From the NCBI GenBank assembly GCA_030018855.1, contig JASEHG010000002.1, positions 1 to 33,017 of the forward strand: a DNA stretch of 33,017 bases. Direction: 5' to 3'. This DNA is from Candidatus Brocadiaceae bacterium. GTDB lineage: Bacteria > Planctomycetota > Brocadiia > Brocadiales > Bathyanammoxibiaceae. The notes beneath the pieces are model-generated. The model made no database searches, was not told the origin of the DNA, and worked only from the letters and a program-made list of their open reading frames with translations. Below, piece by piece: positions 7,298-17,385 of this stretch (position 1 is the stretch's first letter; the number at the start of each line of letters is the position of its first letter). The translations under genes were made by a program, and so were the position numbers.

Positions 7298-8676
7298 CCT
7301 CTCCGCCCTCTTATCCTTGAGGTACCTCCCAGGAGACCGCTGTAATGTCTCATCAATAAATGGGATTCTATCTTCTGCAGGAGGTCCAGCGCCACCCCTA
7401 CCACTATAAGGAGTCCGGTGCCTCCGTAGAACCCTGCAATGGCCCTGTTTATCTCAAAGCCCTTTGAGACCATATTCGGCAGGAGGGCTATTATTGCCAG
7501 GAAGGTGGCCCCGGCCAGGGTTATGCGGCTCATGAGATTTTCAAGATACTCTGACGTCCTGCCTCCAGGTCTTATCCCGGGGATAAAACTCCCGTAGTCC
7601 TTAAGGTTCTCAGACATCTCCTTGGGGTTAAACTGTATAGCCGTCCAGAAGTAGCAGAAAAAGGCAATAAGGAAACTATAGAGGGTGACATAAACTACAC
7701 CACCTTGCAAGGCATCTGCCAGCCTGGAGCTTATCAGGTAGCCAAAGCTCCCGGGCTCCATCCGCACCTGTACCCCCTGGATTATGGCGGCAGGAAATAT
7801 AATCAAGGACTGGGCAAATATTATGGGCATTACACCTGCCTGGTTTACCCTGAGCGGGAGGAAGTGCTTCTGTCCTCCGTATACCCTGTGGCCCCTGGTA
7901 TGTTTGGCCTGCTGGATGGGGATGCGTCTCTGCCCCTGGGTGATATAGACTATCCCTGCCACAATCGCCACAAAAGAGGCCACCAGGAGGAGTAGCCTGA
8001 ATATCCCTATCTCATGTTCTGCGGGGGTGACCGAAAAGGTGAAGTTGGAAAGCACCTGCGAAAAGGCCCACGGCAGACGGTCTACTATCCCCACCATGAT
8101 AACCAATGATATCCCGCTCCCTATGCCGTGCTCATCTATTTGTTCGCCTATCCACATAAGGGACATGGTCCCGGTAGTGAGGAGGAGGGAGGCCATTAAC
8201 TGGAAACTCATCCCCTGGAGATATACAGGCACCACTGGCACACCACTTATATCAATAGTATAGAGGGTGCGGGTAAGGACAAAGGCCTGAAAGAAACACA
8301 GCCCCACTGTGGCCATCCTGGTATACTGGTTAATCTTCTTTCTCCCAGCCTCTCCCTCTTTATGCAGGCGTTCCAGGGAAGGGAGGACCCCTACCAGCAG
8401 CTGGAAGATAATAGAGGCACTTATATAGGGCATTACCCCCAATCCAAAGACAGCCCCTGAGGTCATAGCCCCCCCTGAGAAGAGGTCCACCAGACCCAGG
8501 AGTTGTCCTACGCCTGTATGGGAGACCTGTTGGAAGTAACCCTTCAAGACCCCGGTATCTATCCCTGGAATAGGGATGTACACACCAACCCGGCAGAGGG
8601 CAATAAGGCCAAGGGTAACCAGTATCTTCTGCCTGAGTTCGGGGATATTGTAAATAGTCTTAATCTTGTCTAGCAC
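7294..8676 (-). CDS. secY: Preprotein translocase subunit SecY
   Basis: LGVMPYISASII, GEAGRKKINQYTR, AGVMPIIFA, FIPGIRPG and GGTGLLIVVGV. Confidence 0.98.
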   Translation of the reverse strand: MLDKIKTIYNIPELRQKILVTLGLIALCRVGVYIPIPGIDTGVLKGYFQQVSHTGVGQLLGLVDLFSGGAMTSGAVFGLGVMPYISASIIFQLLVGVLPSLERLHKEGEAGRKKINQYTRMATVGLCFFQAFVLTRTLYTIDISGVPVVPVYLQGMSFQLMASLLLTTGTMSLMWIGEQIDEHGIGSGISLVIMVGIVDRLPWAFSQVLSNFTFSVTPAEHEIGIFRLLLLVASFVAIVAGIVYITQGQRRIPIQQAKHTRGHRVYGGQKHFLPLRVNQAGVMPIIFAQSLIIFPAAIIQGVQVRMEPGSFGYLISSRLADALQGGVVYVTLYSFLIAFFCYFWTAIQFNPKEMSENLKDYGSFIPGIRPGGRTSEYLENLMSRITLAGATFLAIIALLPNMVSKGFEINRAIAGFYGGTGLLIVVGVALDLLQKIESHLLMRHYSGLLGGTSRIRGRRG

Positions 8677-9116
8677 GGGATAACCTTCGCCTCTCCACCG
8701 GCCGCAACTATCTTTTTAAGGGCACCTTGACTAAACTTATGGGCCTGGACAGTAACTGCCACCTTTAACTCCCCCTTCCCTAGCACCTTTATGCCGTTTT
8801 TTCCCCTACCCCTGATAAGACCGGCCCCTTCAAGGACCTCCGGTGTTATCTCCTTTTTATTGAGTCCTGCCAGGGCTCCGATATTTATAAGGTTGTATTG
8901 CTTCTTGAAGATGTTCTTGAAGCCCCTTTTGGGGATACGGCGCACCAGAGGCATCTGTCCGCCTTCAAAGTAAGGGGCAGTCTCCGTACCAGAACGGGCA
9001 CCAGCCCCTTTAGAGCCGCGACACGCAGTCTTCCCGTGGCCAGAGCCTAACCCGCAACCCAGCCTCTTCTTCCTCTTTCTCCTCAGGTCAGCCGCCTTAA
9101 CGTCTTGCAAATTCAT
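8670..9116 (-). CDS. rplO: 50S ribosomal protein L15
   Basis: GSGHGKTA-x-RG-x-KG and FEGGQMPL-x-RRIPKRGF. Confidence 0.98.
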   Translation of the reverse strand: MNLQDVKAADLRRKRKKRLGCGLGSGHGKTACRGSKGAGARSGTETAPYFEGGQMPLVRRIPKRGFKNIFKKQYNLINIGALAGLNKKEITPEVLEGAGLIRGRGKNGIKVLGKGELKVAVTVQAHKFSQGALKKIVAAGGEAKVIPC

Positions 9117-9604
9117 CCCTTTTGTGCCCCTTTAAGAGAGTTTACCTCTTCAATAGACCTCAGGCCCTTTAGCCCTTCCAGGGTGGCCTTTACTACGTTC
9201 ATAGGGTTTCTAGAACCATAGCACTTGGTTAATATATTCCTCACCCCTGCCAGCTCCAGCACTGCCCGTGCCGCTGCCCCTGCCTTAATCCCAGTACCAG
9301 GGGCTGCTGGCCTCATGTATACCCTGCTGGCCCTATAACGCCCCCAAACCTCGTGGGGTATGGTATCTCCCTTAAGGAAGACGTTCGCCATGCTCTTCCT
9401 GGCATCCTTAGAGGCCTTAGTCACGGCACTGGGCACCTCCCTGGCCTTGCCAAAGCCAAGGCCTACCTGGCCTTGCCCGTCCCCTGCCACTACAAGGGCG
9501 CTGAAACTCAGGCTCTTCCCACCCTTGGTCACCGCAGTGCAACGATTAATGGCCACTACGGTATCTTCTATTGCGGCCCTTCCTCGTACTGCTTCCTCTG
9601 CCAA
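9113..9604 (-). CDS. rpsE: 30S ribosomal protein S5
   Basis: INR-x4-TKGG, FSALVVAGD, GKAREVP and PAAPGTGI. TTG start with an AGGAGG SD. Confidence 0.98.
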   Translation of the reverse strand: MAEEAVRGRAAIEDTVVAINRCTAVTKGGKSLSFSALVVAGDGQGQVGLGFGKAREVPSAVTKASKDARKSMANVFLKGDTIPHEVWGRYRASRVYMRPAAPGTGIKAGAAARAVLELAGVRNILTKCYGSRNPMNVVKATLEGLKGLRSIEEVNSLKGAQKG

Positions 9605-9628
9605 CGAATGCCTCCTAAAAATCTAATA

Positions 9629-9683
9629 GTTTAAAGGTTCAAGAGTTTAAGGTTCAATAAAGTTCAAGGGTTTAAAAGTTCAA
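9629..9683. repeat. Direct-repeat array of GTTYAA, 7 copies with ~8-nt period
   Basis: Copies start at 9629, 9637, 9645, 9652, 9662, 9670 and 9678. The last two overlap the rplR terminal codons and stop. Confidence 0.8.
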
Positions 9684-10040
9684 TTTGGCCTGTCTGACTG
9701 CCTCTGCCAGCGTCTTTATCCTTCCGTGAAATTTATACCCCCCCCTGTCAAAGACCACCTTCCCTATCCCCAACTTCTTTGCCTCCTCGGCTATCTTCTG
9801 CCCTACCAGTTCTGCAGCCTTCTTGTTCCCTCCGTAAGGGGACCGGCCCTTTATATCAGGAGAAAGGGTAGAGACTGAGGCCAGGGTCTTCCCCTGGGTA
9901 TCGTCTATGAGCTGACAATAAATATTATTAAGGCTCCTGTAGACCGACAGTCTGGGGCGGTCCTTAGTACCATAAACCTTCTGCCGCACCCGTAGATGTC
10001 GGGTGCGCCTCTTCCGCCATTTCTCTCTCTGCAGGTCCAT
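9672..10040 (-). CDS. rplR: 50S ribosomal protein L18
   Basis: [17 protein letters not shown] and [14 protein letters not shown]. Confidence 0.98.
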   Translation of the reverse strand: MDLQREKWRKRRTRHLRVRQKVYGTKDRPRLSVYRSLNNIYCQLIDDTQGKTLASVSTLSPDIKGRSPYGGNKKAAELVGQKIAEEAKKLGIGKVVFDRGGYKFHGRIKTLAEAVRQAKLNF

Positions 10041-10041
10041 C

Positions 10042-10608
10042 TTATGTAGCCGCTCCGCCGGCGAAGGCCTTACCAGCCTTCTTCCTTACCACCTCGCCCT
10101 TATATCTAACACCTTTTCCTTTGTAAGGCTCCACTTTCCTGATTGACCTTACTACGGCGGCAAACTGCCCTACCAACTGCTTGTCCACACCCTTTATAGT
10201 AAAGCGTGCCGGGTTAGTGGGCTGGGCTATCTCTACCTTTAGCCCCTGCGGAATCGTCAGGTGGACGGGGTTTATGTACCCCACCGCAAGGACAAGGTCT
10301 TTGCCTTGTAGTTTGACGTTGTAGCCAAGCCCATGAATCTCCATTTCCCTGGAGAAGCCCTTAGTCACCCCCTCCACTGCATTGAAGGCCAGGGTCCGGC
10401 TCAGGCCCAGCAGGGCCTTCTGTCTCGGTTCCTCGTCGGCCACCTTTGCACGTAGTAGCCTGCTGGCCTGGTCAAACTCAAACCTCACGGAGGGATGGAA
10501 CCTTTGAGCCAGCTCCCCTAATGGCCCCTTTATCTTAAGGGTCTCATCCTCTATCTTCAGGTCTACCGTCTTAGGGACGGCAACAGGTAATCTTCCAATC
10601 CTTGACAT
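10042..10608 (-). CDS. rplF: 50S ribosomal protein L6
   Basis: [25 protein letters not shown] and [10 protein letters not shown]. Confidence 0.98.
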   Translation of the reverse strand: MSRIGRLPVAVPKTVDLKIEDETLKIKGPLGELAQRFHPSVRFEFDQASRLLRAKVADEEPRQKALLGLSRTLAFNAVEGVTKGFSREMEIHGLGYNVKLQGKDLVLAVGYINPVHLTIPQGLKVEIAQPTNPARFTIKGVDKQLVGQFAAVVRSIRKVEPYKGKGVRYKGEVVRKKAGKAFAGGAAT

Positions 10609-10616
10609 CTCTCTCC

Positions 10617-11009
10617 CTACCAGACCTTACACAAAAATTCACCACCAACGCCTGCCTTCTTGCATTCCTTGCCGCTCAGGATACCCTTATTGGTGGAGTA
10701 GACGGCAATACCTATCCCCCCCAATACGGGCCTCATCTCTTCTACCTTCTTATATATCCTCCTCCCGGGCTTGCTCCCCCTGGAGAGGCCATTGATAATC
10801 GCCTCTTTTTGTGGTCCATACTTGAGATACACCTTAAGGACCCCCTGCTTCTTGTCCTCAATCTCTTTGTATCCCCTTATGAAGCCCTCCCTTTCCAGCA
10901 CATTTATAATCTCTTTCTTTACGTTAGAGCGGGGGATTTCCACACTTTCCCTCTGCCGCATAATGGCGTTTCTGATGCGTGTGAGCATATCGGCAATAGT
11001 ATCGGTCAT
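10617..11009 (-). CDS. rpsH: 30S ribosomal protein S8
   Basis: TDTIADMLTRIRNA, SKPGRRIY and GVGGE. Confidence 0.98.
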   Translation of the reverse strand: MTDTIADMLTRIRNAIMRQRESVEIPRSNVKKEIINVLEREGFIRGYKEIEDKKQGVLKVYLKYGPQKEAIINGLSRGSKPGRRIYKKVEEMRPVLGGIGIAVYSTNKGILSGKECKKAGVGGEFLCKVW

Positions 11010-11019
11010 AGAACTCCTC

Positions 11020-11205
11020 CTACCAACTGGCCTTCTTTACCCCTGGGATTTCTCCCCTTGAGGCGAGGTTCCTGAAACATATCCGGCATATCTGGAACTT
11101 CCTGTAATACGCCCTGGGCCGCCCACAGAGTTTACAACGATTGCGATGACGGGTACTAAACTTAGGGGGCTTGTTGGCCTTCTCTATCCATGCCTTTGTT
11201 GCCAT
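11020..11205 (-). CDS. rpsN: 30S ribosomal protein S14, Zn-binding type Z
   Basis: 61 aa with [10 protein letters not shown]...ICRICFR...PGVKKASW. Confidence 0.98.
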   Translation of the reverse strand: MATKAWIEKANKPPKFSTRHRNRCKLCGRPRAYYRKFQICRICFRNLASRGEIPGVKKASW

Positions 11206-11210
11206 ATCCG

Positions 11211-11750
11211 TTACTCTCCGAAAGGCGCTCCTAAAAGACGGAGGAGTTCCTTAGACTCCTCCTTACTCTTCCCAGAAGTTACTATGGTGATATCCATGCC
11301 CTGGGTGAACTCTATGTCCTCAATATTAATCTCAGGGAAGATAACCTGCTCGCTTATCCCCAGGGTATAATTACCCCTCTCGTCAAAACTGTTGGGGGAG
11401 ATACCCCTGAAGTCCTTTAGCCTGGGGAGGGCGACGTTAAAGAGCCTGTCCAGGAACTCGTACATCTTCCGTCCCCTCAACGTAACCTTACATCCTATCG
11501 GATTACCTTCTCTAAGTTTAAACCCTGCCACCGACTTCTTGGCCTTAGTAGCCACAGACCGCTGTCCTGTAATAAGGGCAAGGTGTTTCTGTGCATCCTC
11601 CAGTATCTTCCTGTTTTCTATTGCCTTGCCCACCCCCATGTTTACCACCACCTTCACCAACCTGGACACTGCCATGGGGTTCTTATGTCTGAATTTCTCT
11701 TTAAGCTCAGGGAGCAATTTCTTTTTATAAAGTTCCAATAACCTAGCCAT
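11211..11750 (-). CDS. rplE: 50S ribosomal protein L5
   Basis: [28 protein letters not shown] and LPRLKDFRG. Confidence 0.98.
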   Translation of the reverse strand: MARLLELYKKKLLPELKEKFRHKNPMAVSRLVKVVVNMGVGKAIENRKILEDAQKHLALITGQRSVATKAKKSVAGFKLREGNPIGCKVTLRGRKMYEFLDRLFNVALPRLKDFRGISPNSFDERGNYTLGISEQVIFPEINIEDIEFTQGMDITIVTSGKSKEESKELLRLLGAPFGE

Positions 11751-11753
11751 GCC

Positions 11754-12095
11754 CTATTTCTCCGTAGCGGCTGTAATGGCAGAACCACACCTGGCGCATA
11801 CCCTGACCTTCGTGCCATCCTCGCCCAATTTCCTACGGGTCGTTACGCCTTTACCGTATTTTTTGCAACTCTTGTTTGAGCAGACTACCAGTACCTTTGA
11901 GACGGCGACGGACGCCTCCTTCTGTATCCTGCCGCCCTGGGGGTTTTTGGGGCTGGGGCGGACGTGCTTCCAGATATAATTAATCCCCTCTACTACTATA
12001 CGCCCCTTTTGGGGCATTACTGCCAGCACCTTTCCCGTCTTTCCGCGGTCATCACCTGCCAGCACTTCTACTATATCATTTCTTACTACGTGCAT
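11754..12095 (-). CDS. rplX: 50S ribosomal protein L24
   Basis: KOW-like D-x-VEVLAGDDRGKTGKV, VVEGIN and GGRIQKEA. Start moved to the ATG at 12095, 1 nt after the rplN stop. Confidence 0.96.
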   Translation of the reverse strand: MHVVRNDIVEVLAGDDRGKTGKVLAVMPQKGRIVVEGINYIWKHVRPSPKNPQGGRIQKEASVAVSKVLVVCSNKSCKKYGKGVTTRRKLGEDGTKVRVCARCGSAITAATEK

Positions 12096-12096
12096 G

Positions 12097-12465
12097 TTAA
12101 ACCACCTCTGGCGCCAGGGACAAAATCTTGGTAAAGTTCTTCTGCCTGAGTTCCCTTGCCACTGCCCCAAAGACTCTGGTACCCCTGGGGTTGCCGTCGT
12201 TATCAATCAAGACCACGGCATTCTTATCAAACCTCACGTAAGAGCCGTCTTCTCTGGACACATCATGTTTGGTCCTTACTATCACGCCTTTCACTACTTC
12301 TCCCTTTTTCACCTCTCCCCCGGGGATGGCCTTCTTTACCGAGGCGACGATGACGTCTCCCACAGAGGCATATCTCCTGGAAGTGCCTCCCAACACCTTT
12401 ATACACATCACCTTTTTGGCGCCGGTATTGTCCGCCACGTCCAGCCGGGTAAACTCCATAATCAT
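12097..12465 (-). CDS. rplN: 50S ribosomal protein L14
   Basis: [27 protein letters not shown] and SLAPEV. Confidence 0.99.
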   Translation of the reverse strand: MIMEFTRLDVADNTGAKKVMCIKVLGGTSRRYASVGDVIVASVKKAIPGGEVKKGEVVKGVIVRTKHDVSREDGSYVRFDKNAVVLIDNDGNPRGTRVFGAVARELRQKNFTKILSLAPEVV

Positions 12466-12466
12466 C

Positions 12467-12724
12467 CTAAGCGGCCTCCCCCAGGATGCGTACCAGTCGC
12501 CAGCATTTAGTCTTGCTTATGGGCCTGGTCTCCATTATTTCTACCTTGTCCCCTACCCTGGCCTTCTTCTCCTCATCGTGGGCCTTATAGACGGTAACCC
12601 TCTTCACATACTTCCCATAAATGGGATGTCTTACCAGCTTCTCCACCTTAACGCTTATGGTCTTGTCCATCTTGTCGCTGGAGACAACACCCACAATCCG
12701 TTTCCTCTGGCTTCTTTTCTCCAT
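12467..12724 (-). CDS. rpsQ: 30S ribosomal protein S17
   Basis: [22 protein letters not shown] and ETRPISKTK. Confidence 0.98.
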   Translation of the reverse strand: MEKRSQRKRIVGVVSSDKMDKTISVKVEKLVRHPIYGKYVKRVTVYKAHDEEKKARVGDKVEIMETRPISKTKCWRLVRILGEAA

Positions 12725-12726
12725 CT

Positions 12727-12951
12727 CTACTTAGGCTTCTCTTTATTGGGTTCTTTATGGATTCCTAGTTCCATTTCCCTGAGGATAGTCTTCACCCTGG
12801 CTATTCCCCTTCGGGTCTTCCCGTACTGGGCAGAGTTCTTTAATTCCCCTGTCTGCCACTGGACCCTGAGGTTCAAGAGTTCCCTCCTGAAGCCCTCCAG
12901 TTCCTGAAGGAGCTCTTCCCTGGACTTACCCCTGAGTTCAGAAAGTTTCAT
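12727..12951 (-). CDS. rpmC: 50S ribosomal protein L29
   Basis: MKLSELR...ELLNLR...[10 protein letters not shown]. Start taken at the ATG at 12951. Confidence 0.95.
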   Translation of the reverse strand: MKLSELRGKSREELLQELEGFRRELLNLRVQWQTGELKNSAQYGKTRRGIARVKTILREMELGIHKEPNKEKPK

Positions 12952-12955
12952 CCCA

Positions 12956-13369
12956 CTAGGCACTTCTGGATACCATCCTCACTTTTACAGAAAGTTTGTG
13001 GGCAATGCGATTAAAGGTCTGCTTTGCCATATCCTCCGGCACCCCTGTCAGCTCGTAAAGGATGGTACCGGGTTTTATCACTGCGGCCCAATACGCAGGC
13101 TCTCCCTTTCCCTTCCCCATCCTGGTCTCTATCGGTTTAGCCGTTACAGATTTATGCGGGAAGACCCTGATGAAGAGTCTCCCTGATTTCCCCAGGAAAT
13201 GACTGGAGGCTACCCTGCCTGCCTCTAGCTCTTCGGCGCTCACCCAGCCCGATTCCAGGCTCTGGAGTCCGTACTCCCCCATAGCCAGGGTATTGCCACG
13301 GGTGGCCTTGCCCTTAATCCGCCCTCTGTGGGACTTCCTGAACTTAACCCTTCTGGGCATCAGCCGCAT
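12956..13369 (-). CDS. rplP: 50S ribosomal protein L16
   Basis: MPRRVKFRK-x-HRG, IRVFPHK and ETRMGKGKG. Overlaps the 3' end of rpsC. Confidence 0.98.
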   Translation of the reverse strand: MRLMPRRVKFRKSHRGRIKGKATRGNTLAMGEYGLQSLESGWVSAEELEAGRVASSHFLGKSGRLFIRVFPHKSVTAKPIETRMGKGKGEPAYWAAVIKPGTILYELTGVPEDMAKQTFNRIAHKLSVKVRMVSRSA

Positions 13370-14015
13370 GAGCAGTCTCCTTTACAGGTACAGGTTTTTC
13401 TCCCGTATACACCCACACCTTTATCCCTATAGTGCCGTAAGTCGTAACGGCCCCGTGGAAACCATAATCAATCTTCGCCCTGAGCGTGTGGAGGGGTATC
13501 TTCCCCTGACTGGTGGTCTCCGTCCTGGCTATCTCTGCCCCGCCGAGCCTCCCGGATATCTGGATTTTTATGCCCTCGGCCCCGGCACCCCTGGCCGTGT
13601 CTACAGCCCTCCTCATGGTCCTACGGAAGGCCGCCCTTTTCTGCAACTGCTCCGCTATCCCTTCGGCTATCAGTTGGGCGGTCAGCTCTGGTCTGTCTAC
13701 TTCCTTAATCTTTATGTTAATTTGCCGGCCCGTAATTGCCTCTAACTCCTCCTTCAGCTTGTCTATACCAGCGCCTTTCCGGCCTATTATAAGCCCGGGA
13801 CGGGCCGTATGGAGGGTTACCCTGGCCTCCTCCCTCGTCCTATCAATCTCCACGATGGGGATGCCTGCAAAACCATAGTTCTTCTTGACGTGCTTTCTTA
13901 TCTTCTGGTCCTCTACCAGGAGTAAACCAAAATCCTTCTTGCTGGCATACCACTGGGAGCGCCACTCCTCAGTTATTCCCAGTCTAAATCCTGTAGGACA
14001 TACCTTCTGGCCCAT
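13344..14015 (-). CDS. rpsC: 30S ribosomal protein S3
   Basis: MGQKV-x-PTGFRLG, RPGLIIGRKG, SGRLGGAEIAR and PLHTLRA-x-IDY. Confidence 0.99.
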   Translation of the reverse strand: MGQKVCPTGFRLGITEEWRSQWYASKKDFGLLLVEDQKIRKHVKKNYGFAGIPIVEIDRTREEARVTLHTARPGLIIGRKGAGIDKLKEELEAITGRQINIKIKEVDRPELTAQLIAEGIAEQLQKRAAFRRTMRRAVDTARGAGAEGIKIQISGRLGGAEIARTETTSQGKIPLHTLRAKIDYGFHGAVTTYGTIGIKVWVYTGEKPVPVKETAHAADAQKG

Positions 14016-14018
14016 AGC

Positions 14019-14366
14019 CTACCCCTTCCCCTTTCTCTCATCAGAAAGGACTACCGTTATATGGCTGGTCCTCTTCTTCAACGGGGCCCACATCCCTCTG
14101 GGCCTGGCCCAGTGCCACTTCCTTATGGGCCCGCCATCTACCCTGGCCTCTACCACCTTCAGGTTGTCTGGGTCTACTTCCATATTCTCCTCTGCACTGG
14201 CCAGGGCCGCCCTGAGGGTCTTATCTATCATGGAAGCCGCCCTCTTGTGGTTGAACCTGAGGGTCTCCAGGGCGTCATTTACCGACTTGCCCCTTATCAG
14301 GTCTACCACGAGCCTGGCCTTTCTGGGAGATATCTTGGCGTACTTGTATATAGAACTTACACGCAT
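14019..14366 (-). CDS. rplV: 50S ribosomal protein L22
   Basis: SPRKARLVVDLIRGK, VDGGP and KRTSHITV. Confidence 0.98.
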   Translation of the reverse strand: MRVSSIYKYAKISPRKARLVVDLIRGKSVNDALETLRFNHKRAASMIDKTLRAALASAEENMEVDPDNLKVVEARVDGGPIRKWHWARPRGMWAPLKKRTSHITVVLSDERKGKG

Positions 14367-14369
14367 ACC

Positions 14370-14660
14370 TTAAGTCCCCGGGGGTTTAATCTCCTTCTTC
14401 TTCACGCCGCCGTGTCCCCTGAAGATACGGGTAAGGGAGAACTCCCCTAACTTATGCCCCACCATGTCTTCGGTAACGAAGAGTTTGTTGAATACCTTGC
14501 CGTTGTGGATCAAAAAGGTGTGTCCCACAAAGTCTGGAATAACGGTACAGGCCCTGGCCCAGGTACGGATGGGTTCTTTGTTCCCTGTGTCCTTTTGCTT
14601 CGTCACCTTTTCCAGGAGCTTTGCATCCACGTACGGTCCCTTCTTTACGGAACGTCCCAC
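14370..14660 (-). CDS. rpsS: 30S ribosomal protein S19
   Basis: RSVKKGPYVD, HNGK and MVGHKLGEFS-x-TR. GTG start. Confidence 0.99.
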   Translation of the reverse strand: MGRSVKKGPYVDAKLLEKVTKQKDTGNKEPIRTWARACTVIPDFVGHTFLIHNGKVFNKLFVTEDMVGHKLGEFSLTRIFRGHGGVKKKEIKPPGT

Positions 14661-14662
14661 TG

Positions 14663-15487
14663 TTATTTTTGCCTCCTGCGGATAATAAACCTGTTGCTAA
14701 TGGCCCTCCTGTGGCGTGTCTTTCCCCCCTTGGAGAGGACACCCGTACGAGAACAGGGGGGACGTCCTCCATGGGCCCTTCCCTCCCCTCCACCCATGGG
14801 GTGGGATACCGGATTCTGGGCGACTCCACGGACATGGGGTCTCTTCCCCATGTGCCTCCTTCTACCCGCCTTCCCATAGGTCACGTTAATGTGGTCCAGG
14901 TTGCCCAACTGCCCAATCGTAGCCCTGCAATTCTCATGCACCTTGCGTATCTCCCCAGAGGGGAGTATCACGTGGGCATATCCACCTTCCCTGGCCAGGA
15001 GGGTGGCTACACCCCCCGCTGACCTGACCATCTGGGCGCCGCGCCCAATCTGCAACTCTACGTTGTGTATCTGCATCCCTAGCGGGATATTCTTCAGGGA
15101 CATGGTGTTGCCCACTTTGGGTTCTACCTGCTCTCCCGAGACCACCGTATCGCCTACCTTTAGTCCCTCGGGGGCCAGGATATACCGCTTCTCACCGTCC
15201 TTATAATGCAGTAGCGCAATCCTGGCAGAGCGGTTGGGGTCATACTCTATGGACGCCACACTGGCTGGGATGCCGTCCTTGTACCGCTTAAAGTCTATTA
15301 TCCTGTAAAGACGCTTAGCCCCCCCTCCACGGTGTCTGGCAGTGTAATTGCCAGCGTTGTTCCTCCCCCCCGACTTCGGGAGGGCTTCCAGGAGGGCCTT
15401 TTCAGGTTCCTTGCGCGTAAGCTCAGAAAAAGCTACGACGCTTGCAAAGCGTCTGCCAGGAGAAGTAGGTTTATAGTATTTGAGCAT
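14663..15487 (-). CDS. rplB: 50S ribosomal protein L2
   Basis: [21 protein letters not shown] and [21 protein letters not shown]. Confidence 0.99.
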   Translation of the reverse strand: MLKYYKPTSPGRRFASVVAFSELTRKEPEKALLEALPKSGGRNNAGNYTARHRGGGAKRLYRIIDFKRYKDGIPASVASIEYDPNRSARIALLHYKDGEKRYILAPEGLKVGDTVVSGEQVEPKVGNTMSLKNIPLGMQIHNVELQIGRGAQMVRSAGGVATLLAREGGYAHVILPSGEIRKVHENCRATIGQLGNLDHINVTYGKAGRRRHMGKRPHVRGVAQNPVSHPMGGGEGRAHGGRPPCSRTGVLSKGGKTRHRRAISNRFIIRRRQK

Positions 15488-15489
15488 CT

Positions 15490-15771
15490 CTAGTATCCTA
15501 AATCTATGGTATTACCTTCTGCCAGGGTTACAACGGCCTTTTTCCAGGTATTGATTTTTAAGGGGCCGTATTTGGTCCTTCGTGGTTTGCCCCTCTTGTT
15601 CATAGTCCTCACCTTAAGGACCTCCACCTTGAAGAGTTTCTCTATCGCCTCTTTTATCTGTATCTTGTTGGCCTTCCTGTCCACCTCAAAGTGGTAGGCG
15701 GCCTGCTTGTCTCTGTCGGTAACGCTCTTTTCTGTATGTAAAGGCTTCCTGATTATCTGATAGATATCCAT
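15490..15771 (-). CDS. rplW: 50S ribosomal protein L23
   Basis: P-x2-[18 protein letters not shown]-x-V and WKKAVVTL. Confidence 0.98.
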   Translation of the reverse strand: MDIYQIIRKPLHTEKSVTDRDKQAAYHFEVDRKANKIQIKEAIEKLFKVEVLKVRTMNKRGKPRRTKYGPLKINTWKKAVVTLAEGNTIDLGY

Positions 15772-15773
15772 GT

Positions 15774-16385
15774 CTACTGTATGCCGCTTAGCTGGTCCTT
15801 CGTAATAAGGAGTCTTTTCCTTCTTAGAATCTCATAGGCGTTAAGTTGGGAGGCAGGCATGAGGGCCATCCCGGGGATGTTCCTGACAGACTTCCAGAGG
15901 GCATGGTTATCGTCCTTGGCTACTATCAGGCAACTCTCATGGATACCCAATGTCTTTAGAAGTTGGACCATCTTTTTGGTGCGGGGGGCATCAAGCTCTA
16001 ACCTGTCTACCACCGTAACCTCTCTATCCAGGAGTTTACCCAGGAGGGCAGAATGCAGGGCCGCCTTCTTTGCCTTCTTAGGTATCTGGTAGGAATAGTC
16101 TCTAGGCTTGGGACCGAAGACCACCCCCCCCTTTCTCCACAGCGGGGAGCGGACCGTACCGGCCCTTGCCCTACCGGTGTGCTTCTGGGCCCAGGGCTTC
16201 CTGCCAGAACCATGGACCTCTGCCTTGGTCTTGGTACAGGCCGTGCCCACCCTCTTGTTGGCCTCGTACATGAGGACAGCCTCCTTGAGGAGGGCCTTCT
16301 TCACCTCTACTCCAAGGCGTTCCTCTGCCAAAGAGAGCTTTTCCACTTCCTTTCCCTGGCTGTTATATACTGCCAACTCTATCAT
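15774..16385 (-). CDS. rplD: 50S ribosomal protein L4
   Basis: GRKPWAQKHTGRARAG and SPLWRKGGVVFGPKPRDY. Confidence 0.98.
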   Translation of the reverse strand: MIELAVYNSQGKEVEKLSLAEERLGVEVKKALLKEAVLMYEANKRVGTACTKTKAEVHGSGRKPWAQKHTGRARAGTVRSPLWRKGGVVFGPKPRDYSYQIPKKAKKAALHSALLGKLLDREVTVVDRLELDAPRTKKMVQLLKTLGIHESCLIVAKDDNHALWKSVRNIPGMALMPASQLNAYEILRRKRLLITKDQLSGIQ

Positions 16386-17021
16386 CTATTTCTTTCCCTT
16401 TATACTCCGCCTGATTATTACGTAGCCCCCATCAACCCCTGGCACTGCTCCTCTGACCATGAGGAGGTTCCTCTTGGTATCTACATTTACTACCTTCAAG
16501 TCCTGGACGGTTACCCTCTCCACACCCATGTGCCCTGCCATGCGCTTGCCCTTCCAGACCCTGCCTGGATCGGTGTTGGAGCCTATTGACCCAGGAGACC
16601 TGTGCCTTGTTGAGCCGTGGGTGTCTGGGCCTCCACGAAAGCCCCACCTCCTCATACCTCCTTGAAAACCCTTTCCCTTGGTCAGCCCTATGACGTCCAC
16701 CTTCTTTATCTCCGCAAAGACTTCAACACCGAAGGATTGTCCAGGCTGAGGTGGTGTCTCGTCTGTGTAAGAGACCTCTCGGATAAACCTTTTTGGAGTA
16801 GCCGCGGCCTTCTTGGCGTGTCCTATCTCTGGCTCTGAGGCACTCTTTTCTTTCTTGTCGTCAAAACCCAATTGTACGGCAGGATACCCATCCTTCTCCC
16901 TGGTCTTCACCTGGAGGACATGACATGGTCCTGCCTGTAAGACGGTAATGGGCACTAGCAGACCGTCCTTTTGGAAGAGCTGGGTCATGCCAATTTTTTT
17001 CCCTAGTATTCCACTAATCAT
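16386..17021 (-). CDS. rplC: 50S ribosomal protein L3
   Basis: GKKIGMTQ, DGY-x-AVQLG, KGKGFQG, HR-x-PGSIG and GKRMAGHMG. Confidence 0.99.
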   Translation of the reverse strand: MISGILGKKIGMTQLFQKDGLLVPITVLQAGPCHVLQVKTREKDGYPAVQLGFDDKKEKSASEPEIGHAKKAAATPKRFIREVSYTDETPPQPGQSFGVEVFAEIKKVDVIGLTKGKGFQGGMRRWGFRGGPDTHGSTRHRSPGSIGSNTDPGRVWKGKRMAGHMGVERVTVQDLKVVNVDTKRNLLMVRGAVPGVDGGYVIIRRSIKGKK

Positions 17022-17049
17022 CTGAAAGTCTCCAGCAGATTCTCTAAGG

Positions 17050-17364
17050 CTAGACCTTGATCTTTATCTCTATCCCGGCAGGCATATTGAGCCTGTTCAG
17101 GGAATCCACCGTCTTAGCAGTGGGTTCTACGATATCTATGAGGCGTTTGTGGGTGCGGATTTCAAATTGCTCCCTGGACTTCTTATCCACGTGGGGAGAC
17201 CTCAGTACGGTGTACCTCTCTATGCGGGTAGGCAGTGGTATAGGTCCAAAGACCTTGGCCCCGGTCCTCTTGGCCGTATCTACTATCTCACTGGCGGCCT
17301 GGTCCAGCACCTTGTGGTCATAGGCCTCCATCCTTATCCTTATCTTTTGGTCAATTACCATCAT
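17050..17364 (-). CDS. rpsJ: 30S ribosomal protein S10
   Basis: GPIPLPT and [24 protein letters not shown]. Start is either 17364 or 17361 (tandem ATG). Confidence 0.99.
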   Translation of the reverse strand: MMVIDQKIRIRMEAYDHKVLDQAASEIVDTAKRTGAKVFGPIPLPTRIERYTVLRSPHVDKKSREQFEIRTHKRLIDIVEPTAKTVDSLNRLNMPAGIEIKIKV

Positions 17365-17385
17365 TCACCTGTGGAAAAGCTTTGT

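Noticed and set aside
13344-13369. 26-nt overlap of rpsC and rplP
   Set aside because: Short overlaps at this junction are ordinary translational coupling.
14452-14877. 141-aa alternative-frame minus-strand ORF across rplB/rpsS
   Set aside because: Out-of-frame overlap with two highly conserved genes, with no motif or SD support.
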